Source of the DNA: Seison nebaliae
Lineage: Eukaryota
DNA: 50,764 nt
Assembly: GCA_023231475.1 (NCBI GenBank)
Contig: JALJEE010000580.1
Location: forward strand, 1 to 50,764
Reading direction: 5' to 3'
Part shown: positions 12,155 to 26,120 of the stretch, in pieces
Layout of the letters: each line of letters starts with the position of its first letter
Position numbering within the stretch: position 1 is the stretch's first letter
Notes under the pieces: model-generated
The model's database searches: none
The model's input: the letters and a program-made list of their open reading frames with translations, nothing else
What the model was told of the DNA's origin: nothing
Program-made: the position numbers and the translations under genes

Positions 12155-13377
12155 TCAGTGAACGTAGAATCCACTTGATTGAACTAGATGCTTGCTTGGT
12201 AAGAGGATTTGAGAGCGATCAATGTAATTTGCAGTCAGCGATATATTCATCAATTTATCTTGCCCCTTCTCCTTAGGGAGATTTGGTGATTGGTTCTTAA
12301 CACGAGTCGCTATTTTATTGTTTCGAACCTTGCAACCATCTCTTGGAACTTTTGATAGGAAGGAGGATGTAATTGGATATTTCCGACTTAAATCTTTGAC
12401 ACTGTATCTTCCAACTCCAACGATAGCGTCATTCGCCCAATTATAATCTCTTTTAGCTGTGCTTTTAAACGGAGGTTTTTTCTTATTCTCCAATTTCTTT
12501 TCTTCGAAGTTTAAAGAATATGTTCCAACTGGTGGATGACCTTTTTGCCAATCGTAGAATAAACTCAAATGATCGATCTCTCTGGATGGACCAAATCTTC
12601 CGACTCTTCTTTTATCCAAATCTTGAGTAAACGTTTTGTAGTTATATTCACCGGGTCCCAAATCGATTGGTTGTTTCGCATAATGACCAGTATTTATCGG
12701 CTCTTGACGGTCAATCGTGAACACTTGATATGGACCTTTCGTTCCAGATCTTTTGTTTAACATTTTGTCAATTTCTGAAGGTATTTCGTAAGTTCCCGGA
12801 CCAACTGTATCACTCATTCTACCTAGACCTCGAATTGCTTCAACTGTTTCGAAATATGTCCGGTTTCCAGAACACTGAGATTTCGTTCTGTCATGTGGAT
12901 ATGTTCCTAATCAAATTAAAATAGAAAACATCTGATGTTTGTCATCTGAGTTTAACCTGGTCCTGGTACATCATTTAAATATTGATTTGGAAATCTAGGA
13001 GCTCGCATGTCCAACATTCCACGACGACTAACTGGTTTACCAAATTTACTCATATAGGAATCTCCAACTTCATATTTGCCTGGACCTAAACTGGTTTCTT
13101 TCGTTCTTGCAATTTCCTTTCTTAGTTTCATCATGACTGGCGGAATTTTTGCCATATGTTCCACATATAATTGTCTGCCCCAACCAGGAGCCGATTTCAC
13201 TTTATTTCTTTTCGATTCGCTAAATGGGCCACTATCATCGACATTGTAATAAGCTGGACCGGGATGACCCGACTTTTTACTGAAAGCCGTAAATGCATTA
13301 AGTCTTCGATATTGGGGATGTATTTCGAAGGCGTTAAATCGACCTGCTTTACGACCAAACCCAATGGAGTCTCCCAT
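12155..13377 (-). CDS. CIMAP2: PGP-repeat ciliary microtubule-associated protein 2 / LEXM-like, 2 exons (intron 12907-12956)
   Basis: Repeated GPG.Y motifs; VGPGTYEIPSEIDKMLNKRSGTKGPYQVFTIDRQEPINTGHY resembles LEXM/C1orf177. Splicing gives VPGPG|TY. Confidence 0.72.
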
Positions 13378-14084
13378 AAGAAAATTTAATTGAATATAAA
13401 TTGAATTGAGTCAAATAAGAAAGGAGAGAAAGTTAATAATCGTTTCTTCTGACTTTTCTTAACAATGTCAAATTGTTAAAAATAGTCGTTAAACTAAATA
13501 AAATTAGGAGAAGTTTGATATTTTGTTAAGTTTACTCGCCATCCAAATTCACTTATTGTTAGGTTGATTTCTTCTCATAAATGTTCGAAACTTCATTTGT
13601 GTTTTAGAAAATTTAGACTTTACAATTGTTTTATGCCTCTGTCCATTTCGGATAAGTTTCTTTATTCTTATGTACTCAATTATTCTGATACAACTTTCCA
13701 TTCAAACAGAAGATGATCACTATGACAACTTCGGATAAGAATGAGGAAATATAACAATCGCTAAGTCGATTTGGCAGAAATAATCGGATGAATTAACGGA
13801 TTGGTTTGTCCATTCTGTTACTCAAATATGACCATCGAGAAATGGTAAGAAATTATTGAAAATGAAGAGGAATGAAGGTAGAAAAAATTTTTAGCAAAAA
13901 AATATTTATACTCTTTGTCTGTGAACAATTAAGGTATATTATCTAAAGTCGATTTATATGTAGCAGGTTGTTGTGCATTCATTTTTTTGAAGGATTCCTT
14001 CTTCGACATTTATAAGACATGTCCTTTATTCTTTTGTTATTGACTGAAATAAACAACAAAAAAAAAGTTTAGAAGAAAATCGTT

Positions 14085-15398
14085 TTACTTTAGGACTCTA
14101 ACTAATTTACAAAATTTTGTTTGATTCGATATGCTTTTGCTTCTCGGATATGTATTTTGTCTTCGAGGTTTACCATGATACAAGTCCTTCTTTAGACCTT
14201 TCAACGCTTGCCAATTCCTGTATCTTCTTCTTATCACTGATTTGACATTTTGATTGATGAAACATAAAACACACGCTACTAATGTACCGAGATATGATGT
14301 GCCCAATACATAGAATAATTCACGGACGAAACTTTTCACTTTGACGACAAAAAAGATGAAATGGAATCCAAGTGTAGGTACGAGTATGAGTAAAGCCTTC
14401 GCTGACAATTGTCTGGAATGAGTTAGATCACTTCCATTTATATCGCGGATACCAGTTATTTTTCGTTTTAGTGTCAGCAGTACTCGAATAGCTAACAAGA
14501 AATTGAGTATAAGCAGAATGATTGATGGACCATGAACCAATAAGAGAAATAGAGAATTGTCGAACCAACAATCGAAATCTTTTTTCGGTTCTGTGTTGGA
14601 GAAGAATGTTCGAATGACTGAATAAATTATGATGAGAAAGAATGGAATTCCCCATGAAATGAAATAATGTAGATAGAGTGTTTTACTGATTTTGATGCGC
14701 ATTGGTGATGCAACATGTTCATACAGATAGCAACCCCAACTAAAGATAGAGAAGTAGTTACATGTTAAGAAGTATTGAGCTAAGACATGTAATGCTCGAC
14801 ATATGAGAAGACCATTAGAAATGGTTTGCAGTTGTTGAAGTAAATTGCCATTTTGTGACGTGATATAAACGATCAATAGTGTGATTGAAGAACACAAGAA
14901 TGAGAATAAGAGATTTCTGTGCATTGATATTCTACTCGAATGTAAAGGTCGAAGATATGTGAAGATGATAAGAGCAGCGAGACAAGTCAAAATACTGCAA
15001 ACATATCCAGAGATTGTTAAGATCATTAATGTTTGCATTTGATAGAATTTTTGATTGTTAAAACAATTTTGGAAGGTATGATTCATCCATTCTCCTTCCG
15101 AATTGCATGTTCGTGTGATTTTATTAGATGTGATAAATCCCGGAATCCATGATGGACATTCAATTTCAACATCCGTATTCGCTGGTAATGGGGGCCAACA
15201 TACGCCCAGATAATCTGTCTCATATGGACAATTGTGATGGTTCTTTGTCAAACTGTGAGATTGAATAGATGTGGGAAGAATCGTTGAATTATTTGTCTTA
15301 TCATCATATTTGTTACGACAAAGTTTGTGATGTTTATCGATCTGTTCCATAAGAAGTTGGTTGATATACAACTTTCTCTTTTTTTCTATAGTTTCCAT
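14085..15398 (-). CDS. Class B (secretin-family) G-protein-coupled receptor
   Basis: Hormone-receptor ectodomain (CPYETDYLGVCWP...CPSW...RTCNSEGEW...C), seven hydrophobic helices, MHRNLLFSF, SWGIP, CW in ECL2, LVPTLG, CFIN. Both termini are uncertain: a short 3' exon near 13980-14043 is possible and no signal peptide is visible. Confidence 0.92.
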   Translation of the reverse strand: METIEKKRKLYINQLLMEQIDKHHKLCRNKYDDKTNNSTILPTSIQSHSLTKNHHNCPYETDYLGVCWPPLPANTDVEIECPSWIPGFITSNKITRTCNSEGEWMNHTFQNCFNNQKFYQMQTLMILTISGYVCSILTCLAALIIFTYLRPLHSSRISMHRNLLFSFLCSSITLLIVYITSQNGNLLQQLQTISNGLLICRALHVLAQYFLTCNYFSIFSWGCYLYEHVASPMRIKISKTLYLHYFISWGIPFFLIIIYSVIRTFFSNTEPKKDFDCWFDNSLFLLLVHGPSIILLILNFLLAIRVLLTLKRKITGIRDINGSDLTHSRQLSAKALLILVPTLGFHFIFFVVKVKSFVRELFYVLGTSYLGTLVACVLCFINQNVKSVIRRRYRNWQALKGLKKDLYHGKPRRQNTYPRSKSISNQTKFCKLVRVLK

Positions 15399-16399
15399 TC
15401 TACCAATAAAAATAGATTTTAGATTTAAAAAATATTCTTGTTATTGAGCCGGAAGAAGGAAAATTGAAGACCGTTTCATTGTTTTTTTGCGGAATTATTC
15501 TTCCTCCATTCTTCCAGTCAACAGCGAAAATGACATTAAATGAGAAAAAACTAATTTAGCATTACGTTTCAAAATTTATTTAGGAAACTGCAAAAATCAC
15601 AGAATGTTTTTCATTTGAAAGTCTTCCGTATTGTAAGCAGAATAAAGAAAATGGAGAAGGTACGGTTGGCACTCGAATGGATCAACCGTAAAATATTTGA
15701 CATAGATAAAAAACACAAATTCTGCGAAAATTCTATGCATAATAAAAGAAAAATCTGATAAAAATATGAATAAAATTCCAGATTGAACTTTTAAAGTAAA
15801 AATGGAAAGGATGGGATTGACCTAATAAAGAAACCGGAAATGGATCGGAGCAAGATTGTGATAACCAAATAAACATTTATTTATTTTCAAGGGAATTATT
15901 TAGATTTTCAATTGTTAGAACCGAGTTGTATCGAAATTGTTTTTCGAAAACATCTGTTAACGATTTCCAAGGGCACAATTACATTCCTGATAAACTACAT
16001 TCAACATTATTATGGAATTGGTTGAAGCAATAAAAATGTCCTACTCTTCAATTTACCATAACTATAGAGAATAATTTCAACATCAACGAAGGACATTATT
16101 ATGCAATGGATATTGTCAAGAATTTTTAGAATAGTTTAACGAAAGACATCGTTAAGAGATATCATATAAGTCATTCCTTCAGGGCAATTTCTTAACTTTC
16201 CAATTATTAAATAATCGAAATAAATAATGGTTTAATAAAATTATTATAATATTCAATAATAATGATTCAGTTCCCGTCTAATCTAGCATTAAAATAATAT
16301 TGTAATATTATAAATTTTCCGGAAGGTTTTCCTTCACGATGTCAAAAATATAAAATTTCCAAACAAACAAGTCAATAATACGTAAAGAAATTGTTTTGA

Positions 16400-16960
16400 T
16401 CTTCCTAACATAGAATAGAATAGTAAGATAGAATAACTATGAAAAACAAAATCATTTGGAAAAACAAGAAACTTTCATTCGTGCTGCATTCGAATTATGT
16501 ATTGTTCTCCTTTGAACAACGATAAACAAAATATAATCATAAAATTCGACAATATTCATATGAAGATATGGTGGTCAGATAGACATATTGAAAGATAAAT
16601 GCTTAAGTTAATTATACAAAATAAGACGAATGTTTCTCAGAACTGAACTTACCGTATTGGGTAGCAAGGTTAAATATGTGTTCCAACTAACTCCAACAAA
16701 CTTCCAAAAGTGAAAAAATATTCTTCCTTTAATCAAAACAAGAAATTTCCCTGATAAACATTGGAAGATCAATCTAATAAGATCTAATATGGTGGAATTA
16801 TTCATAAATAAAGTATTATCGTTAAACCAGATAAATACAAAATAATTGCTTAAACAGTCCATTCTTTCTCTAATCAACATCTTATATGCATAATCCACAT
16901 GACAGACAATAAGTTCGGAATAGACATTCTTCCTGAAGCGAAAAGAATGGGCGTGCATCG
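16400..16960 (-). mobile_element. Heavily decayed non-LTR retrotransposon RT C-terminal relic
   Basis: Degenerate RT motifs in the expected order: YAYKML (YADD-like), WFNDNTLFMN, KFVGVSWNTYLT (KFLGV...LT), VVQRRTIH (lQkraiR), with in-frame stops. Confidence 0.45.
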
Positions 16961-19399
16961 AAAGATTGAATGAAAACGGTATTATTTATCGAAAATTCTG
17001 ATTAACTGTTGTTGACTAATTATAGAACTGGTTAATCTCAAAATAGTTAACTGATCATTTGCATCGGTCAATCTGAAAACCTAGAATAAAAACTATAAGT
17101 TTAAAGAAATTTTTATTTTTCCGCTTATTTTTAACTCTTAAGTGGGTGATATTAAAAAGAACTGATGCTTGGTAATTATACGTTTTTTCCGATCATCAAA
17201 ATTTTGACATAACTATTATATATAATAAATCTCTATTTTATACGTATATATATATATAATAGATGTTCTTAATATGCATCTTAATATTAGAATCTTAAAA
17301 CATATATGCTTTGGGAAGTATCTTAATATGTTAAATACACATGAAAATGAAAAATTAGAGAATATTAATTATTACATATTTGATTTGTTTGTCAGTGAAT
17401 ATCAAAGAGGATAATTATTTTAATAACAAAACCGACAAGGTTTTTCATTAAATTACTGTAACGGATAGACTGTAGTTAGTTAGGACGGTAAATCGATGTC
17501 ATAACGTCCATTTTATATATTTTGGGGAATTTTTACAGAATTTGAGAATAATTCCATGGTGTTTTAGATCTCCGTCAAAATTTCGTTGAAAGTACAATTT
17601 AATGGGCGAGCAGACGATTTATGGAAATCGAAACAAGATTATTCTAGATAATAACAAAAGCTTTTCAAATTTTCTGGTTCGTTACATCTTCTGGATTTTC
17701 GTTGCATCACTGTATCGATAGTAGAACATGGATATTATAGTACATGTCCATCATCTAAGTGAGACGGTAACATTTAAAGAATAATTTACTCTTCCATTCT
17801 GATGGCGCAATATAAAAAGGAATAATCTTTCTCACGAATAAAGATCCTATTCATTGTGTTAACAAAAGAATTTCCAGTGTATACCTCCGGGTAACATATT
17901 CCCTAATTGAACATCTCTCTGAACAATATCCAAGAAGTATTATGTCCTAGATAATAAAACGGTATCATTCGGAAATGTTGAACTAAATAACGTCCTTAAT
18001 CAGCATTGTCAGTACTTGCAGACTAATCTAAATAACAGCTATCACATCACAATTGCGAAGTCCCAACAGATTAGTAAATTCTTTTATTTTTCCTCATCAT
18101 TTTTAGTTATTAGACAGAAGTTCTCAATATCACCATTATGAATAAATACAATTTCTTTCATACAAATATTATGAAAGAATATCTAATGATAAATACTAGT
18201 TATTGCTCATAATATAAAGGTGAAAATTAATTTGAGATACCAAATTATTCGAGTACGATTATATAACCTGTACGAGTCATAGGAGAAAATTCTTCGAATA
18301 ATTTTATTCTAATTTGAGTTCGAGAAATTGTTATTAATTTGACTATAATAAAAACAAAATTTTCCGTAACTTTCCTCTAAATTTCGGAATTTTCTTATTA
18401 TTCTTTAAAAAAAATTCTGACATTAATTGACATCATTGATGCCAGAGTACATAATGAGATAAATATTTAACATATAACTAATTTCTCCTTTAGACGAAAT
18501 TTTTAGAAAACTTCCTAATTTTTATATTAGTGAGCGAATAATTACATTGAATTTTTTTATTAAGCAAAAAATTTTACATATTATAAATTGAATTGGAATT
18601 GTAATGGAATATTTCCTAGTTATAATTACGTCACACAATTATGCGTCAGACCAAATTAGACACCAAATATTTTCCAATGTGCAAATAATTCTAAATGTCG
18701 ATCTTGTACGTTGTACGTCGACCTTTTCTCGATAAATTTCAATCGTGTGACCAAACCAGTGTTATTATGGCAGATTGTTGGACATTTGTAGACGTGAAAG
18801 ATTCTGAATTAACGAAAAAATGTAATCGAAAAATTTAACAAAATCATTATCAGACGAAAAATCTCTACCTTCCACATGACAAGTTGAAAAATATTAGTAC
18901 CTTATGATTAAGAGGGGCGAAATAATTGACGAAGAATAATTGAGAAAATTTGCATATGAATAGAACGTAGTTTGAATTAGAATTGTAGAATTGAACAAAA
19001 ATATTGTAAATATCATTATAGTGAACCCCATTGAAATGATGGAAATATTATCGTAGGAGGATGTCATCCAACTCTAGTTACCTTGTTGATATGATGTAGA
19101 TAGGAAATAATATGATGTAAATAAAATTATTAGAATAAAGAAAGATATAGAAAAATAATTATAATTTCCGAATTTTATGCATATAATCTTACTATCGATG
19201 TAAGAAGGCAAGTTAATAACTCGCAAAAAAATATTGCATCAATTATAAAAAAATATCATATAGTTTACTCCTTATCGGCCATCAAAAGAATGTTCGACAG
19301 AAAAGTGGGAAAATAATAAGATTAAGAATTGAAATGTGATGAAAATGACCATCTTTAAGATAAGCCTTAATGTGAGTGAAGGACATTTAACTTCAACTA

Positions 19400-19880
19400 G
19401 TAATAATTACCATTGTTACAAGAGAGTAAGATAATGGTTTATTGTTCGCTTCATACTGGTAAATGTGACAATCCCTTTACAAATTAGTCAAACTTGTGAC
19501 TGTATGATTGTAAATGTGGAAAAAACTAAATACTAGGAATGTCGAGTCTAAACCTATAAATCAGATCTTCGAATTATAAAGCCAAAAGGAATGCAACTTT
19601 TGATTAAGATCAATAAATTATTTGTACAGGTAATGGCAGTATCTAGAATAAATTTCATGGATGACGTTCAAATTCGGAATAAACTTAACGTACTTTGATG
19701 GAACTAATAAATTTATGATATCTATTTCTCGAATTTCATGAATAATTAATGAATTTGTGATAAGGCAAGTTCGTTCCCCTTCCAGAGTTAACCATTGAGA
19801 TCGACGTATTTTGTTACGTCTTTTAATGATCTCCAATGTACAGGAGGAACGGAAAGAGGAGGGGGAGATGTGAGAAAGCA
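19400..19880 (-). mobile_element. Possible decayed non-LTR relic (endonuclease-RT linker region)
   Basis: LEIIKRRNKIRRSQWLT...NSLIIHEIREI resembles the basic linker helix of LINE ORF2 and is followed by a G.D-like motif. Weak. Confidence 0.3.
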
Positions 19881-21186
19881 ATAATAGGTATTCGTTAATC
19901 TTTTATTTTTTGAATAAAATAAATATAATAGCTTATCATCAATATTTTTCTTTTGCATCTCTTGCAATAATACCTAATAATTGGCGCTAATATTCTTCTA
20001 AGTGCCCATTTGAAGAACGTTCGATGTTGCACTAGTCATCATTGGTAGTACCAACTTAAATGCAAAAGATTTATTAATGTTGGACAGAGTGAGCATCAGG
20101 TAATATTTTAATTCCTTTTTACTTCAAGGCTCTTCTGATAATTCAATTTTACATATACGTCGTCATCATTTCCATCGTTCTTCTACATAAAGTACAACAA
20201 CATACTTGCATTGATCATTCTTTGTAATACAATCTCCTTTAAGCAATTGGCCGTCAATTACGAAAAACTCTAAACAAATGTCTCAATTTACATTAGGATT
20301 TCCATAAGAGATGATAATCTTGAATAATAATCAGCAACTTTATTCTAAAATTTCAAATCCGAATACCATTTCCTCATCGTTAATTTTCTCATCGATAATT
20401 TGTGAGAGCAAATTACGTCATTAATCTTCATTTCCTTCCTAATTACTCGATTTGGAAAGAAACAAAACAGACAAACTGTCATATAATCGAACGGTTAAAG
20501 AAGACGAGTAGTTAATATACTCCTATGATAATGATGTTTGATGGAAAGAAAGAATGAGGATTCCTAAAATAATTAGGTAAGAAAAAACTGTATTATATCA
20601 GTATAATTGTTCTAATAAAATCACTTCATTTATATTAAGTGACAGATTCATTTGAAGAAACTACCAAAAATTATATCACTCGCTGCCATGATGAAACTGT
20701 CGTTAACAGAAGAATATACTTGTGAAACTTATGTCTACCTCATAATCTAGATATATGATATCCATTTTCCAAACGGGTGACATTTCATCCAAACGTAAAT
20801 TAGACACATTTTTTAATCTGTTTGTGACGGCTCCAGACTAAAATTCATTTGGAGGACATGTACATTATATGCGATTGTATATGGAATTTATTGAAACGGA
20901 ATTTCTACCTTTACCGTAAAAATATTCTAAAACATAATCAATTTTGACAGAAAGTATGGCAAAATGATGTATTTATTCTATATTTTATTATTAGATAAAA
21001 TAGGTAAATTTTAATATTAGATCATTCGTACCTTCTCATTTCTCATCTAATTATATAAACTTACAACTCAACATTCAATGTAGTCAGAATAAGAGAAGAG
21101 TGATGAGACACTAAATGCAACAAAAAAATTCAAGTTTGAATATAATTTTTAACTCCAAATAGTTTCATCTATGCACCTGCATCGAT

Positions 21187-23808
21187 GATTGGGGGACAGA
21201 TCGTAACATTATATTAACATTTTGTAAAGGACAGTTCTTAATCCAAAAAAAGGACCTGTTCTCAACCTAGTTTTTTATTTGTTCGGACAGTTCTCAACCT
21301 TTGTTTCCAAATTTCGGACAGTTCTCAAGCTTTTTTCTCAATTTCGGACAGTTCTCAACCTCAAAACAGACTGAAAATTGAACTGGAAAGATAGTAACGG
21401 TACATAAGAATTCTCCAGAGGATAGTTATTAACTCATAATTACGACAATTCTTAACTTAGTTTTTCAATAGTTTTTAAATTTAAGACATAATATGTCTGT
21501 CACTTTATGCAGTTCATTATATAGGTTTGTCTGAAGTAATGATTCCAGGTTAAAGATTACAAACGAAGCCTAAGCCATCCACTTAATACGCAAATAGAGT
21601 TGTATTGTGCTGGACTAATCGTGTTACAAATATTATAAAATATATATTACCATAAAAAACAAAATTTGCTACCATAAAAATTGCTTCTTCTATCCTTATT
21701 TGCTAAATATTCAACATTAAACTACTAAAGAAATGGAAAATTTTGGAGATCAAGAAGAATGGAGGAGATTTTTACCACCATCTGCACCATCTTCAACTAG
21801 TTCATTATCATTTTCAACCACACCTTTGTCATCATCATCAACTGAATGCATCAAAACGCGAACATCAACATATTCAACCACATTAATCGCACCATTACCA
21901 CTAACATCATTCACCGAAGATTCATCTCCAACTTCACCTGAAAATTGCAAACAAATACACACACAAATTGGTACTATTAAAATTATATGGACGAGTAAAA
22001 AAAATGAAGCAATAACTCACAATGATGAGATTTTTTATTTGAGAAGAACGTATAGTTCTGGTAAAAAACTTTTTTATTGCGCACAATCCTACAAATTAAA
22101 GTGCACGGCTTCAATTACGCTGGAAGGTTTGGACGTATGGTCCCATAAAGTCAATCACAATCATGGTAATAATGCACAAATACGAATAGAATATCTTAAA
22201 GAATTCGTTGTTATTAAGTAATGCCCCATTTCTCATTTCTGATAATTCTTTAAGATGTTTTATTTGTATGGTCCCATAAAGTCAATCACAATCATGATAA
22301 TAATGCACAAATACGAATTGAACATCTTAAAGAATTATCAGATATGAGAACAACGAACTAAAGAACTCGGAAATTCGTCGATTTACTTCCGAACAACGAA
22401 ACATTCGTCGATATCGACGTGAAAATCGAAAAAAAGAAGTTCATTAATTTTAAATAAGAAGAGAAGAATTTATTATCTATTATTTGACAAACTTAAACAA
22501 AGAAGAACTGAAAAATAGGCATTTTTTTCTACACGGGAAATTTTAAAATGTCCCGTTGATTATTATCAATTATATGTTGTAGCTGTGTTAATGGCTGATT
22601 ATCTCGTTTCTCCATTTCTAATTATAATGAAAGGGAAGACAAAATCTTTATATAAAGAAGTCTTTCAAATATTGATAAATGAGTTTGAAATTGAGCTGTT
22701 ATCCCTTACTTTGGATTTTGACATTGGTGCCATATCTGCGCTAAGCGAAACATTTCGGAGTATACCTATCCACACATGCTATTTGCACCTGTGTCAAACG
22801 ATAATTAGGAAGGTATCGGAATTCAATTTCAAACGAAAGTATTTTCGGACAAAAATTTCAGATTTGAAATAAGAAAGTTGATGTATATCTCTTCTATTCC
22901 AACATGGCATGCTAAAGAAGTCTTCGAATGCATAATAGAGATTTGTTCAAATAATTCAAAATTAATTTATCAATTCCAAATTATATCGTTGAAGGGTTTC
23001 GATTTCCAATAAAAATTTGGAATAATAATCGACGAACGATTGAGGATATTCTCAGAACCAACAATATAATAGAAGAGGAAAATAATGGTTTAAGACACAT
23101 TTTTCCATTGAACCGTCTATCATTGATAATTTTTGAGAATTCGTTGATAAAATGTTTCAATCATGAAAAAGTGCAAATGGATCGTTTTCGGAAAGGCGAA
23201 AAAAAGATTATCCGATAGAGTGAAAGATGAGAAACTGAAAAAATTAGTAGTTAATTTTGACATAAGAAATGTATCTTCTTTTTTTGTGGGAATCGATACT
23301 ATATTTTATGAAAGTTAAATTCCGTTGAAATCTCTATTCTATTTGATCTCAAACAATAAATAACAATCTTCTTAATTTATCATTGTAACAAAAATTTAAA
23401 ATCTTAAATTAGGAAAAATCTTTATTCTTATTATTTTTTTTTTTATAATCATAACAAATCCCCGCGGGGCAAATTAAAATTTGCTATAATTATTAGGTTG
23501 TATATTCTTATAATTAATTAATAATAATAATTCATATGATTACATAATTATAACTTCATAACTGCCTTTTTGAGAATTTTTATGTACGGTTACAATCTTT
23601 TCAGATTTTTCTGGATTTCAAACAAGTATGTTTTGAGGTTGAGAACTATCGTTTTTTTCTCAAAAGTTTGAGAACTGTCCGAAATTGAGAAAAAAAGTTG
23701 AGAACTGTCCGAACGAATAAAAAATTTGGTTAAGAACTGTCCTTTTTTTTGGGTGGGGACCTGTCCTCTACATAATTTTGATATAAGGTTACAATCTGTC
23801 CGGTTACC
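21187..23808 (+). mobile_element. Mutator/MULE DNA transposon with ~260-bp modular TIRs and an 8-bp TSD; non-functional
   Basis: Imperfect TIRs at ~21187-21445 and ~23542-23808; flanking direct repeat GCATCGAT at 21179-21186 and 23809-23816; internal transposase remnants. Confidence 0.9.
21733..23100 (+). pseudogene. Disrupted MULE transposase
   Basis: FLYWCH/WRKY-type finger FYCAQSYKLKCTASI...HNH; catalytic region LDFDIGAISAL...TCYLHLCQ (CxxH); RTNNIIE near 23053. Broken by stops, frameshifts and an internal rearrangement. Confidence 0.85.
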
Positions 23809-26120
23809 GCATCGATATATCGATACTATAATTTCTCACAACTCTACAATTATGTCAGAAGACCATGGTCTTCTGGAGTATAATAATTTCATATATTTTC
23901 CAATCATTAATAAAAGAAATGAATAGAAAGAGAGTAAAATAACATTACAAACAATTTTATTGAGATGATTTTATTATCGTCTACTGACGGAAATCTTCTA
24001 TTCGAATATATTCGGAAATTAAACAGATAGACCCTAAAACGATTTTTACTTCGATTGACAACTTCCTCTTTATTTAATACCTCAAATTTTGTTTACTGTA
24101 AGCCAAGGAAATAGTTAACTAACGGTTGGAAAATTTGTTTATTGTAGATAATTTTCTATTATAAAATTTCACCTGAAAAATTGTTTGAATAGTATTTAAT
24201 TGAAGTATAAAAATTCGTTTAGTAATTTGTTTGACTAAAATATGATGAATTTCTGGGAAGGACTGTTCTTTTAAGAGGAACATATTCCGCTCGGCACAAA
24301 AGACAATTATTTCGTTCAAATCACTTTTGTGACTATCTTATTACGGAAAGGTTAGTAACATGTTTATTCTCATTAAAAAGAAGAAGGTATCAATTATGAA
24401 TTAAGCTAAATATAAATTTCCCATGCTATATGATTGTGACAATATGATCATCATAAACAGCGAAATAATATAAAAGAATTATTGGAACAAGCACTTTCTT
24501 CTCGAAACTATATTTCTCTCATCAAACAGTTGTCATCTTATAATAAAAATCGTAGTTAAATTTACAAATTGTGACCAACGTTCGAACGAATGGTTGATGT
24601 CATGTCGTTTAATAATTATTCTTGCTAGATATATTATTATATCTTGAGCAGATGTATCAGATTTCCAAGTCGTTCTTGATGAACTGACTAGAATTGAAGT
24701 CCTTCAGGAATTGGAAAAGTATCATAATAAAAATTTTCATTTTAAAATGATATATTGAAACATCTTGTTAGTATTAATTTTCTTCTTATCTCATTTTTTT
24801 TATTAATTCTAATTATAATGTTCCTTTTAATTGAGTAAAAATTTACATCTTGTTAAATATAATTTTTTAATTTGGCTTTTAAAAGCCTCATTAATCATTT
24901 AAAATTTGTGACTCAATGGTTCTTCAAGAAATTTTCTCGACACATTTTACCTGGCATCTGATTGTTCAAATGAAATTGTACTAAAACTAATTCAATTTGT
25001 GATATTTGAACTAATTCTAAAGAATTGTGTTTCCCTTAGATTCGAAGTCGAGGATGAGAAAACGAATATATACCTTTGAATTAGATAAATTATTGATAAG
25101 TTATTGGAAAAAAAATATCCATGTATTAACTTTATGAATTTTTTCACCTTATTTTATGAAATTGTGTATATTGTGAATATTTTACATTAAAATATAATAC
25201 AAATATTTTCAGATTAAAATTTTACATATCATATTAATAACAGAAAAACAGATGCCAATACAAATTATTCTCGTAAAAATGATGTTATCGTCGAACACTG
25301 ATTCTTACGAAGAACATGTTTTGTTAAAAAAATCTTTAAGATCAACATATTATTTGGATTGTATATTTAAGATTGTCATTGTAAATTATGCTACAAAACA
25401 CCGATTCTAAAGGTGTCCTTCGTGATCTGAGATATATCCTGTCCTTTCTACTTCCATAAAGTCAATTGTGGCAACATCACTTTTTAAGATAAATCTAATA
25501 GGAAAAACAACACGACATACCACTCTAACAATATCAATAAACTACCAATTAATTCAATTATGTTTCAAACTGTCTTGAAATATCAAAATACAATTGAGAA
25601 ATAGAGCAAATCGATTAATTTTTAGAATTCCATTACAAAAGTGGTTGAAGTAGATAATAGAAGAGATCGGAATTCATAATAAAATAAGAAACTTCACATG
25701 AAATATATTACACTTTTTAACTAGTGTAATTCTTTACGTATAAGAATAATGGAATATATCAATTTCGACATATGAAATGCAAACAAATCGTTCACAAATA
25801 AAACGACCTTTGTTATATCATATAATTTATATGTTTAAAATACCATACGTAAGATGAAAGAATTCGCATAAAGTATTATTTCCTTCAATTTCGATCTCGT
25901 CACCGGTCATGCAATATTCATGTAGTTCATGTTTAATTATCCTTCGCCATTAATATTTAGCGGATCATTAACCAATACCATGCACATGCTACTAAAACCT
26001 TAGATTGAAAATGCTAATCGTATTAACCCAAGATCGTTAGGTGAAGCCATAACGGTAGATTCGTCACAAATTTTGGAACAATCTGGTAGTAGAATAAATT
26101 TCTGAAATCAATCACAATAA

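Noticed and set aside
17690..18080. Possible decayed APE endonuclease (ISSVYL)
   Set aside because: Only one weak motif and no GDFN; cannot be supported.
21225..21365. CRISPR-like array of regularly spaced repeats
   Set aside because: Repeats are only 13 bp, the spacers resemble each other, the block is mirrored at 23635-23770 as a transposon TIR, and there are no cas genes.
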